A stretch of 64,000 nt of DNA from a virus, in IMG/VR virus record IMGVR_UViG_3300038451_000147, positions 41,336 to 105,335 of that record. One strand, given 5' to 3'. Numbering within the stretch: position 1 is the stretch's first letter; every line of letters starts with the position of its first letter. The position numbers and the translations under genes were made by a program. The notes under the pieces were generated by a model. It had not been told where the DNA came from. It worked only from the letters and a program-made list of their open reading frames with translations, and made no database searches. Shown in pieces: positions 47,686-58,314 of the stretch.

Positions 47686-47897
47686 CATACCTATGAACAA
47701 GAGGCTATTTAAGCGTTACTGCACTGGTTTGGATACTTTGGATACATCAGTCAGAGCCGTGTTTGTAGAGAGGGCAGGTGAGGCAATAGAAGGCTTGCTT
47801 AAAGTGGCACGCCGAAAAGTCCCTGTAGAGCACAGCCAAATAAAGGTGATGAAGACAATCCTCTAGGTCTTCCCTCAACATCTGTTGCATAGGGTTC

Positions 47898-48362
47898 TTA
47901 CGCATCCTTCTTTTCACCATGAATCGGGCAGTTCGAGTCGAGTTCGTCCTTGTCTATAGAGATGGGTTTGCAAGTGCAACGCGAAGCCCTCTCCATTGCC
48001 TTCTTTACGGCTTTCTCGATTGCGGTCTTGAGTTCTGGGTCTGCCTTGCCATGTATCTTGAGTTCGATAGGCGGGACGTTCTCTCTCATAGAGTCAATGG
48101 GTATCACACAGTCTGCATCGAGAAGCAAGTCCTTTGCGCCTACTCCCATACCACTACATATCGTTCCATGAAGAGGGCATTTAGGATTCACCTTAAGTCC
48201 GTGTCCGTCAAACTTGCAGGTGCAGGTCTCCATCTTCGGCTCCTTCATAGACTCTTCTATCAGTTCTCTCGAAACATGAATCCTTTGGTGACAGTAACCT
48301 TTAGACGAAGAGTCAACTGTCACATACTTGGTCTCGTCCTCTTCTTGGCTCACGCACTGCAT
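47898..48362 (-). CDS. Protein with two CTC-x(n)-CP.HG Zn motifs
   Basis: CTCK..KCPLHG and CTCK..NCPIHG. Confidence 0.55.
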   Translation of the reverse strand: MQCVSQEEDETKYVTVDSSSKGYCHQRIHVSRELIEESMKEPKMETCTCKFDGHGLKVNPKCPLHGTICSGMGVGAKDLLLDADCVIPIDSMRENVPPIELKIHGKADPELKTAIEKAVKKAMERASRCTCKPISIDKDELDSNCPIHGEKKDA

Positions 48363-48538
48363 AAAGTTGCAACGCTATTTAAGGATTCTAGCCTTATGAA
48401 ATGGGCGTGGCCCTCTTTCTCCTGCTCCGAGTCATTGAGAGAACCCCATTCGTATAGAGCAATTCTAGGTGAGGCACTCCACGCCGTCCATACCCTTGTT
48501 CGCTAGGCCATATAAAGGTTCGCTCTTTGCGAACTAGG

Positions 48539-48949
48539 CTAGTCGTATTGGTTGATGTAAGAGAAACTCGCTGTCGTGTGGTGTATCGGGCATTCTATGG
48601 TCGGACTGTGGTAGGCATCGTCAGTCCACAATTGGATATTGAGGCTGTTTAGAAGTTTCTTCAACTTCTCGAAGCACCAACATGGCTCATTGATTTCTAG
48701 AGTAGTCGGCTTCGCACTGCACCGAGCGCAGTAATACTGCTCCGTCTTCAGAATGCCGACCTTGCCATAACTGCTCGTCCTCTTGCCGCACTTGGCACAG
48801 ATAGGCTCGACCCAATGGTGGGTCTTCAACCACTCCTGTTCCTTCTTTCGTTGGTAGGCTTGGTAGGCTTCTTCTGAAGGAAATCCAAAGACATGGAGCA
48901 TAATCTCCTTGGAGAGAACCGGATAGACCATCTCTGGCTTCGTCATCAT
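48539..48949 (-). CDS. Zn-finger protein
   Basis: CAKCG..CARC, CWC..CPIH. Confidence 0.55.
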   Translation of the reverse strand: MMTKPEMVYPVLSKEIMLHVFGFPSEEAYQAYQRKKEQEWLKTHHWVEPICAKCGKRTSSYGKVGILKTEQYYCARCSAKPTTLEINEPCWCFEKLKKLLNSLNIQLWTDDAYHSPTIECPIHHTTASFSYINQYD

Positions 48950-49106
48950 TTGTCCTCACTTACACAGTTCGGAACTAGGGCCAAAAGGAGATGGGCTTGT
49001 TGGTCGGTGATTTCCCCTACCAACTTCGCATCAGAGGGTGTGTGGTTCAGTTCGGTGATGTAGTAACCGCCCTCATCAGGGTTGCTCCAATACCAGAGAT
49101 TCTTTG

Positions 49107-49373
49107 TCATTTCTTTCTCACAACCTTTTTGTAGGTCACATATTTGTCGTTTACGTCATCTGGATTCCGGGCCACTCTGTTGTCACAGCCTATTCCCCAC
49201 AACATCCCCAACTCTCTCATCACTTCACAAGAGTCTGGCAGACCATGTTCGCGGGATAGATGGTTGTGAATCTTCATTAGAACTTCGTAGTCAATCCCAA
49301 GGTCGAACTCGAAGCAAGTGCCATGCATCCAGACTTGTGTGACTGTGCGCTTCACCATGTTTAGGTCATCCAA
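49107..49373 (-). CDS. Hypothetical protein
   Basis: TTG start in AGACTTG context. Confidence 0.45.
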   Translation of the reverse strand: MDDLNMVKRTVTQVWMHGTCFEFDLGIDYEVLMKIHNHLSREHGLPDSCEVMRELGMLWGIGCDNRVARNPDDVNDKYVTYKKVVRKK

Positions 49374-49563
49374 GTCTTTGCGATTTCCGTGTATTTGGTG
49401 AAACAGAAAACGGTGTCGAAGAAGGCCGTGACTCGTCTTCCTGCCTTATTCACCGTAAATTCCAGATGGTCTGTCTCCTTTACCGGATTTAGGCACATCG
49501 CGCAAACTGTATTGTTGCTCATAACACTACCCTTGTCTTGAGGGTTTATAAAGATTCTCTGCT

Positions 49564-49641
49564 CTACCTATGTCGTCTACGGTAGCGGTGAACTCCGCCA
49601 CCTGTAGGTCTCGAACCGCGTCCTTTCCATTTGTATCCCAT
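49564..49641 (-). CDS. 25 aa highly basic peptide
   Basis: MGYKWKGRGSRPTGGGVHRYRRRHR; TATA 49664-49671, 22 nt upstream. Confidence 0.55.
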   Translation of the reverse strand: MGYKWKGRGSRPTGGGVHRYRRRHR

Positions 49642-49671
49642 GCCCACCCTGTAGTCTCTAACCTTTATAAA

Positions 49672-50794
49672 CATTCTTACCGAAATCTCCATGTGCAGGA
49701 CTTGGGCTAGGACGCGACCATCCGAACCTGTCCGACCCCATCCGAACCCAAGGGACTCCTACCCCTACCTAGTAGGACTATCCCTACCAATAGTTACTAC
49801 TGCCCCTACTGAACAGTCCTTTATATATGACCTGCAACTCGACTGAACGCCTCTTTATAAGTAGTCTGTCAAAACTTCAGATGTGCAGAATTAGGAGTAG
49901 GAAACCACTACTCAAAAGTAAGGCCAGTCAAAAGTCTTGGATTCTTGCCTACTCTTACCCCTATTAGATGCTCATACCCCTATTAGTGTTCGGTGAGGGG
50001 TATACCCTATCCTATACCCATCCGGCCCACTTCCACAACTCGACAGGATGCTGGATGCCGAGCCGCCAGAGATACTCCATCAAGTCCCAATCCATTCTAC
50101 TTCTTCTAGGGTCTTTACCCATCCCACTACCATTAGGGGCTGTGCCATTATAAAGGTTGTGTGTGGCTGTGCTATCCTAGCCGGAAGGCTGGAGTGGAAG
50201 AGGGGGTGTCCCTATTAAGAATGCTTACTGGCCGTTTTCAGTGGAAACACTGGCCGCCCTAATAAGGGGTGCGAAGGGTATATATGGGGGTATACCCTCT
50301 TGGCCATGATGGGCAACATGGCTCGACTGGAAACAGGGGTCGGCTTTATAAGGGTTGGGGCGCGGTTCCAGTGGAAGCGTAGGTCTTTATAAGGAACCAC
50401 CAGTGCTTCCAGTGCAAACGAACCCATTAGGGGTTTTCATTCTTGGCTCTAGATGGGGCGGCCTCTCATGCCATCCTTATAGTGACAGGTGCAAACGAGT
50501 GGAACCTAAGTGATAGATTCTATGTAGGACTATACCCAGAAGTGGTAATCCTTACAGGATATACCCTATACCCCTGTCAGGATTTACCAAGTTAGAAGAG
50601 GACGTTATGAGGAAGGCGTTTGCATCCCACCGTCAATTCTGCAACCCCACTGCAACCCCAAGTTCCATCGGTCTGCATCGGAAATGGCCCTGCTCTATAT
50701 AAAGTTCTGAGTAGGGTGAGGGGAGTGCGGGGAGAGGGGAACTAGGGGAAAGGACAGGAAGGGATATATGGTATACCCACCTACCCTAGTGGCA
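49672..50794. other. Repeat-rich non-coding region: candidate origin, genome terminus or packaging region
   Basis: No credible ORF for 1.1 kb; TATACCC/GGGTATACCC, CCCTATTA, CCATCCGAACC x2, TGCAACCCCA x2; transcription diverges from it. Confidence 0.6.
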
Positions 50795-53700
50795 ATGATG
50801 AAACAAACCCCAAGGGTAGAACCGGAAGCCACACAGATGAAGGGCGACATTGTTTCAGCCCTATATCTGGATGGCAAGGAATCGGAAGGGGTCTACGTTA
50901 CAGGACGGGACTCCAATAACTGCCGACCTACAGCGTGGGTCAACCTACTTTCATTCGACAGCCACACAATGCCCAGACTCGAAACACTCGGCTGGCACCT
51001 AATCACAGCCGGAGCCGTCAAGCGCAAGGTTCGCCTAGTCCTCTCTTACGAAGGGGTGGCTCAACAGTGACCGCGCCCCACTTCCTAATCGCAGTCCGTG
51101 AGTTGGGCATCCGAATCGGTGGGCCGACTTCGGTTAGAAGGGAAGGCATCGCAGACATCGCAAGGGCCAAGAACTTCCAAGAGGCAGAGAGCAAGGCACT
51201 GGCAAGGTTCGCCAAGAAGTGGAAGACAAACGTGGTTTGTCTCCAAGTCACTGAGGCACGACTGGCAGTAAGGCCAGAGCCAGAAGTCCTATACGACTCA
51301 GCCAAGGCCGATAAGGTAAACGCGGCCTATTCGCTGGCATTCGCAAGACTGCACATCCCCACGACTTACGCATTCGACGCGACCGCGCCAACCTTTAGGA
51401 GTCTAGCCTAGACTTGTTAGCCGCATATTACAAGGCTAAGAAGGACTTGAAGGCCACAGTGGGCCAACCCCTAAGATACGGCGAAACCTCAATGTTCGGG
51501 GCTGAGTTCAAGGCAGACGGCCAATTCTGCGTAGTGGGGCCAAGCGAACATCAGCGTAAGTGGTATGCCACCGTGTCCATGAAAAACGGACTCATCGAGA
51601 AGGTCTCCTAGACTTGGCACTTCACTTCGACAGACGCGGAATGTATAAGGGAACCAACCCACTGGCATCAGCCTTCCCGATAATCACAGACCCAAGCCAA
51701 TCAGCCACCGAGACCCAGACCTTCCAAGCCTTGAGGGAGAACGTGAACGCCTACAGAGGAATCAAGGTCTGGAAGCGTGAGCGCAAAGCCCGAAGAGACA
51801 AGGGAATCAAGCGAGTCACCACAACCTACACGCCTAAGTCAGTGAAGACCACGACACCCAAGATTGAACGCAAGGCAGAGCCAGTCACCCTTTACCCCAA
51901 GGACGGGGAGCCAATTACTTACCTTCCCACTGAGCCATCAAGTTATGCAGACATCGCCCAAGCACTGGCGCAAGCCATCAAGGAATCGGGGATAGCCTAG
52001 ACTTGACTCCAAAGTTTTGTCTCGTAGACGGTCTTCAATTACGCCAAGACAAAATGCTTTCGCAACCAACGCCTTCAGCGCGTCATTATAAATTGAGTTG
52101 TCCAAAAGGCCACGTTTACACATTATCAATCGAGAGCGAAGACGACCTTGATTATCTCACTTACATATTTGAACTTGAGTGGTGGGAACGCCCATCAGAC
52201 TGGAAGGGAAATATGAGAAACATTCGCGCACCAATAAGAGCATTCAAAGAGACAGGGAGCGACTAGACTTGTTCAAGATAACAAGGTGGGTCACAACGAA
52301 GAAAGAGGCAGACGACTTGAGCCAGTGGATTCACGATATAGACGGCATCTGGCCGGAAGTCACAAAAGAGGCAGACTAGACTTGGTTAGCAAGACCTTCC
52401 GTAAGAAGAGCATGAAGACCAAGAACGGCACGACCATAACCTTCGAGTATGAGGACGGATTCATAAACCGCGCCCTAATCATAATGACCTTCCCTTGTGG
52501 GAATCAGCAATACTTCAGACTCGTTCCAGACGGAAAAGAGAACTGGTAGACTTGGCAAAAGACAATAAGCCACTGGAAAAGGCAATAGAGGCCCAAGTTT
52601 GGGAGCGAGAGTTAGATAATCTGGCTCAACTTGTGAGAGACTTGGCAGACGGAATCAGCACAGAGAATGCAACAGAAAAGCGAGACCCTTCTAATCCTAC
52701 ACAAGGAGAGACCTAGACATGGAAATTCGCATCCCCGAAATAGACCTTCAAAAATTCGAGTGGCTTATGGGCGAAACAACAGAGTTCAATGTAGGAGTGA
52801 ACGTAGACAAACACAAGACCCACATCATGCGAGACAACCGAACCATTAGCCTAAGTGTTTGCCTCTTCCCTTACCACCCAATAGAGCAATGCAGACAATA
52901 CCGAAGAATCGGGAAGGGACTCAACCCAAGGCAGAAGACACGCGCCCTCAATGCCGTGTGTTTCCACGGTCACAAGGCATTCATGCAAGCACTCTTCCAG
53001 AACATTCCCAAGGCCAGAATCAGGTCACTCATGACAGACAGAGTTAGGACTAAGTGGATGGACGCAGAGAACTTCAAACAGGTCGCGCAAGACATCGAAT
53101 CTGTGAACGTGGGGTCACTAATGGAGTCTACAGTCTACAGCGAAACGTGTGAATGTGGGAGAGTCTAGACTTGGCAAACGAACTTTCAGACAGATATCTC
53201 ACTTTCCTAAAGGCAGAGCGCGAGAGACTAAAAGCAAAATTGGAATCCCTTGAGAGAGGAATCAAAATCGTAGAGACCGACGACTTATGCACTTGCCAAC
53301 TTGACGGAAAAGGTGAGGCGTGTCCAGTTCATGGAGACATTAGACTTGTCTAACAATCTTAGACTCACCTTACTCAGAGCCAGCCTTTACGCCTTGACTC
53401 ACAGCGCACTGAAGCGTGGGTGGCTTCGGGCTTCGGCCTACCTATTCCGAGAGGCATTCGGGGATTAGACTTGGGCCAAAAGGAAATACTTGAGGAAGCA
53501 TTGCGACTCAAAGCAGAAGGTCTTTACAAGACAATAGAAGAGAGAGCCAACGAGTCAGGTTATCAAGTGGTTAGAACAGCCACCACAACCTACTTAGTAA
53601 AGAGGAAGACCAAGGCCAAGAAAACTGAAACCTTCTGGCACTTCCAGCCAGCCGAGCAACTAGGGAGACACATGGGCCTAATCGAAGTCTACGGAGACAT

Positions 53701-55077
53701 GAGAAGGTCGGATGGCATTGCGACAACTCTCACCCTTATCTCGCCAGACGGTTACATTCCTCACACAACTCTAGACGAGTATTTCAAACAGGGTTGGATT
53801 ATCTCATTCGTTGGTACAGCCAAGTGTGGAGAAGACGGATTGCTTCCCTTCGTTCATCTTATGCTTGAAGAGGAATGTAAATAGACTTGGCCTTAAGATT
53901 TATGTCGTGTGAGTCTGCCCTAATCCTAGTCGGCCAAACAGAAGACGATAAGCCAATCTATGAGTGTGCATTCCATCATGAGATTTACGAACTGAGAGAC
54001 AGAGAATATCAGGAGATAACCCAGACTTGGCAATTCGACTAGTCGAACTTCACTTAGCACTAGACGTTTTCCAGACGGACTTCATGCGCAAGAATATCGA
54101 AGTCAAAATCTCCCTCAAAGAGAAGACCCTAGACATCACAACAGACAAGATTCTAGTGACTCCCACCGAAATCAGACAACTCTTGAAGAGGCCCACGCCT
54201 TGACTCGAAACGAGAACATTGCGGCAATCGTTGTGACTGGAATCTTCCTAGTCCTTGCAGTCTTCGCCATCCTAACCACATGGGGAGTCTTGCCTTGAGA
54301 AACGGAAGAGACCCCAGACAGAAGCGTATAGCAGTATTCGGAGAATGCCCTCAGACCTTCGGGTTTGAAGTCGTGACCCACACCTTGGCAACTCCCACCG
54401 ACTTAGCAATGACCAACTACCAGACGAATGAAGTTCGGGTCAATGCCTTACGAATCGCCCAACTTGGGGCCACTGCACACAAGAGATTCGGGTTTCCGAT
54501 TGAAGAGACCATCATTGACTTGCTCAGTGGAATTTCAGTCCATGAACTGATTCATCAACTTGAGAGGATAGACCACACAAGGAAGGATAAATGGAGCGTG
54601 GCAGACTTCTCTTCGGTGATGGAAGCAATGGGCCATCCATATGAGAAGCGCATCCGGTTCTATTACCGCAAACCCAAGCGTAAGGTTCATGAAATTGTGT
54701 GTGTGGACTTGGAAGGAATTAGCATGAATAGCGCAACGACAAACCGACAGCAATATATACACACGCGGAGAGACTAGCGGGCAATGAGAGTTCCGAAACA
54801 CGCGCTAATAGACAACTACAGTGGAAAAGACCTACAGGTTAGTGTGCATCGCTTCAAGGGGAGCGATGTTATCGTGGTTACAATCCACGACACTGAGATA
54901 GGCCAAGTCGGTGGACACACAACCGTAAAGGACGCGATAAAAAGCGGAGAGCGTTACGTCTCAATACCCTTTGAGACTTATGAGAAGGATTAGCATGACT
55001 CCACCCTTAGAGAGCCTAGACGAATTGAGAGAATTTGAGTATCACATCATGCTTCAGGATAAGGAGCCAAGTCCAGA
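50795..55077 (+). CDS. Array of ~18 small coupled ORFs, putative early/host-takeover genes (starts at 50795, 51067, 51414, 51614, 52003, 52269, 52382, 52552, 52719, 53171, 53346, 53471, 53887, 54027, 54200, 54295, 54784, 54996)
   Basis: Near gap-free tiling on one strand, mostly TTG starts after TAGAC; 54295..54777 has HELIH (HExxH). Confidence 0.65.
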
Positions 55078-56274
55078 TTGACGCTAACCTTAGACGATTA
55101 TTGTACCAATACCAACAATGACCCCACGCCAGAACCCATAACTCCATCAAAGCCTAGACTTGGGAAGTGGACGGTTGACCCAGACCAACGGACTAAGAAG
55201 GATTGGACTCCCTACTTGAGCGAGAAACTTGTGGTCTCACTTGAGTTGGAATACAACTTCAAGAATGGCGTGGAAACCGTAGTTACAAACGAGTTAGGAA
55301 GGGAAGTAGACAGACATAACACATTCGACCCTGTTTCAGAGACAGAAGTAGGAGTCCATGAAGGTGAGCATTCACGTTGTCCAGTATGCGGCTCTTCAGG
55401 ATGCTGGAAATGCGACCTACCGAAGACCATTCGCATTGTGAAACCCGATTGCACTATTCACGGAAGAGAGTTTATCGTTATCGGAAGTTCAATTCCAAGC
55501 GAAGAGTTTGTGAAGCGTCTTCCCATTGAGAACATCAAAAAGTATTTCGAGTCAGACAAAGAAGACTCGATGCACAGCCACATTCTGATTCCGGGCAACA
55601 GCGAAGAGATTCCAGTCTCAATAGGTCAGAATACTTGGCAACTCTTCCGAGCCTACTACCCCGCTTGGGCCTATATCTTCGGCAACTTCAAGGGTCACAT
55701 TCTAAGAGGGTATTGGGCCGTATGGAACGACTACCATTATGACGCGACAGACTTCGATTATTGGTGGAACGGAGACGACGACAGTGGCTCATCACATGAC
55801 ATCATTGTCAACACACCGAGACCAATAGCCAGACGGTACAAACATGGCCTAACCTTCGCTTCATGCCATGTAAACGGGTTTAACGAGAAGGTCTTCACGC
55901 ATTTTGACGTTGAAATACGGCAGACAGACGCAAGCCAAGACTTAGAGCAAATTGTGAGCGCGAGAGCCTTGAGCAAGGCTTTAGTCTTGAAAGGCGCACA
56001 ACTGGCGAATCATGGAGTCATTGACATTCCCGAAGACAGATGGGAGACCATCAAACCTGTAATAGAAGACATCAATCGCTCTCAAGGCGTGCGCTCCAGC
56101 ATTGATTCTACACTTGAGAGACGGCAAGGTAAGACAATGAGAGCAATGGCTAAAGACTTCTACAGAGAGATGGCTGACCTTCTCACGCCTTACGAACAGC
56201 ATTGTGTGAGGCATTGCATTGAGAGTCCGGTTCGGAAGAGACATCCTAACGTGAAGAGGGATTATTCAAATTGA
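55078..56274 (+). CDS. Putative amidoligase (COOH-NH2 ligase) 1 with Zn-ribbon insert
   Basis: SLELEY, CPVCGS..CW, DCTI.GREF, SMHSH, VEIR..D. Confidence 0.7.
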   Translation: MTLTLDDYCTNTNNDPTPEPITPSKPRLGKWTVDPDQRTKKDWTPYLSEKLVVSLELEYNFKNGVETVVTNELGREVDRHNTFDPVSETEVGVHEGEHSRCPVCGSSGCWKCDLPKTIRIVKPDCTIHGREFIVIGSSIPSEEFVKRLPIENIKKYFESDKEDSMHSHILIPGNSEEIPVSIGQNTWQLFRAYYPAWAYIFGNFKGHILRGYWAVWNDYHYDATDFDYWWNGDDDSGSSHDIIVNTPRPIARRYKHGLTFASCHVNGFNEKVFTHFDVEIRQTDASQDLEQIVSARALSKALVLKGAQLANHGVIDIPEDRWETIKPVIEDINRSQGVRSSIDSTLERRQGKTMRAMAKDFYREMADLLTPYEQHCVRHCIESPVRKRHPNVKRDYSN

Positions 56275-56716
56275 CCGAACCCATCAAGATTCCGAGCAAC
56301 TTCAGTGAAGTCTTAATGGCTGTGATTCTCCCCTACCACACGCCAGAGCCAGAGGAACTTCTGGAACTAATAAGCGAAACTGGCGTGGACGCTCCACAAG
56401 ACATAATAGTTGTGGAAGACGGCCAACTCAGTTATATCCCCTCTAAGGTGGTAGAGACTATATGACTAAACCAAAGGCCAAGACGAATGCAAAGTTACAA
56501 ACCGAAGCGATGCCCTTGAAACTCCCGAATGAAGGTAAGGAGTTCGTAGTCACGATTGCAGTGAGCCGGAAGCGACTTATCGAGTTCATCAGAACAGACA
56601 CAGTTTCACAGGGCGTTCTCGGAGTCCGAAGGATTGAAGAGCGAGACAGGGATGCCCTTGAGGTTAGCCAAAATGAAGACAGCCAAGACGACGACCGCGC
56701 CACTTGGAGCGAATAG
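56271..56716 (+). CDS. Two small ORFs (56271-56465, 56462-56716)
   Basis: Overlap-coupled between the two ligases. Confidence 0.5.
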
Positions 56717-56718
56717 AC

Positions 56719-58299
56719 ATGACTCTTCTCAATGAGACGGCTCCAATAGAGGAAGACCCCATTACCTACTCCGAACTTTTGACACATTCGACAAACGTAA
56801 TTGCGTGTCCCTATTGTGGTGAATCGGTTGAGATGCACTTTACAGGAGAAGACCCCGAGCATCACATTCACACGCCCAGAGACGACTTTCCAATCTGCCG
56901 AAGACTTTACGATTGCCCCGCACCTCATGCCGGACTCTTCTACGCCTATAAGAGCCTAATTGACGGGACGGTTTGGAAGACAGTGACCGTGAGACAGGGA
57001 GCCACCGAGAAAGTAGACGACATGGAAGAGATGATAGTCGGAATCGGTCACAAGAAAGCCTCATTGAAACCCGCATGGCGTTTCAGGACTAAGGACGCAA
57101 CGAAGGAAGACTTCACAGCCTACCTTAACAGGAATCTCGTTCTGGGCCTTGAGTTAGAATACGACTTCAAGAATCAGACACGCCCACCTTCAGAGCGTGA
57201 GATAACGGACTACTACGGATTAGCCCCAACTCCCTACCATCGCTTGCCCGAATGCCCGACTTGTGGGAGTATGGAATGCTGGAATCACCTACCAGAGAAT
57301 CTCATCCGAAGCATTGAGAAGGATGCCTCAATTACAGGGTGGGAGTTCGTTCTCTACGGAAGCAATCTTCCAAGTGAGGACTTCGTGAAACGCTTTCCAA
57401 TGGCGAAACTCAAGCGATACTTTATGCCAACAGAGTCAAACAGTCTTCACGTTCATGCGATGTTAGTCCACAACATAATCAAACTCCCGAATGTTATCGC
57501 CAAGAATATGTGGCAACTCTTTAGGTTCTATTACCCCGCTTGGGTGAATCTCTTCGGCAATTACAAAGCGAGTCAGGGATTCCTTCGGGTCTCACACGGT
57601 TCAATACATAACTTCGCTCACTTTCCCTATTACAAACGCTCTCCGTTCTCTCCGGCGTGGGCTGACGGACTCAACGAGCATAACAATAACACAGCAAGAG
57701 CCGGACTTTACTTCGTTGAAACGCCAGTTGGAAGACCATTGATGGACACATTCGACATTGAGTTTCGGACACCGGACTCGACTTTCGACATGGAACAGAT
57801 TGTTTCAGCGAGAGCCTTGATTAAGGCACTGATTCTAAGGGGCGCACAACTGGCGAACTTCGGACTTATCAGTGTCGAGACCGATAAGGAGACATGGGAG
57901 AAGGTGAAGAGCGTAATAGAGAAACTTGAGAAGCGGGCCGGAATCACCTTAGAAGATGAGGCATTCATGAGAGAGCATTCAATCCGGCTCTTGAAGGAAC
58001 TGGCCCCGTTCCTCTCAGAATTTGAGAGGGAATGCGTGAAGCATCTGATTGAGAATCCAGTAAGACAACGAGAGCCAGCACAACAGACCACCGAGAGGCT
58101 AGTCACCGAGACTTCACCTGTTGCGAAACAACTTCACAGAATCATTGCACTGGCTGAGATTGAATCTGCAAGTGAAGCGGATTGGGTCTCGAAGGTTGCG
58201 GCCCTCTTAGGAATCAACAATGAGCGAGTCATAAAAGCCTTGGCCGAACTGAAGGTATACTACGATGCCAACGCGCACAATATGGTTATAAACGGGTAG
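56719..58299 (+). CDS. Putative amidoligase (COOH-NH2 ligase) 2, paralogue of ligase 1
   Basis: GLELEY, DASITGWEF, SLHVH, IEFR.PDST; EQIVSARAL.KAL.L.GAQLAN shared with ligase 1. Confidence 0.75.
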   Translation: MTLLNETAPIEEDPITYSELLTHSTNVIACPYCGESVEMHFTGEDPEHHIHTPRDDFPICRRLYDCPAPHAGLFYAYKSLIDGTVWKTVTVRQGATEKVDDMEEMIVGIGHKKASLKPAWRFRTKDATKEDFTAYLNRNLVLGLELEYDFKNQTRPPSEREITDYYGLAPTPYHRLPECPTCGSMECWNHLPENLIRSIEKDASITGWEFVLYGSNLPSEDFVKRFPMAKLKRYFMPTESNSLHVHAMLVHNIIKLPNVIAKNMWQLFRFYYPAWVNLFGNYKASQGFLRVSHGSIHNFAHFPYYKRSPFSPAWADGLNEHNNNTARAGLYFVETPVGRPLMDTFDIEFRTPDSTFDMEQIVSARALIKALILRGAQLANFGLISVETDKETWEKVKSVIEKLEKRAGITLEDEAFMREHSIRLLKELAPFLSEFERECVKHLIENPVRQREPAQQTTERLVTETSPVAKQLHRIIALAEIESASEADWVSKVAALLGINNERVIKALAELKVYYDANAHNMVING

Positions 58300-58314
58300 G
58301 AGAAGGGGTAGACC

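Noticed and set aside
49575-49625. tRNA suggested by GGTTCGAGACC on the minus strand
   Set aside because: No 5 bp T-stem, D-arm or acceptor stem; better explained by the 25 aa ORF
51409-53889. TAGACTTG copies as a CRISPR or mini-CRISPR array
   Set aside because: Only 8 bp long, irregular 113-452 bp spacing, and the intervening DNA is coding
51409-53889. TAG read-through or recoding producing one polyprotein
   Set aside because: The downstream ORF starts 2 nt after TAG in a different frame, and TAG terminates many well-defined genes elsewhere
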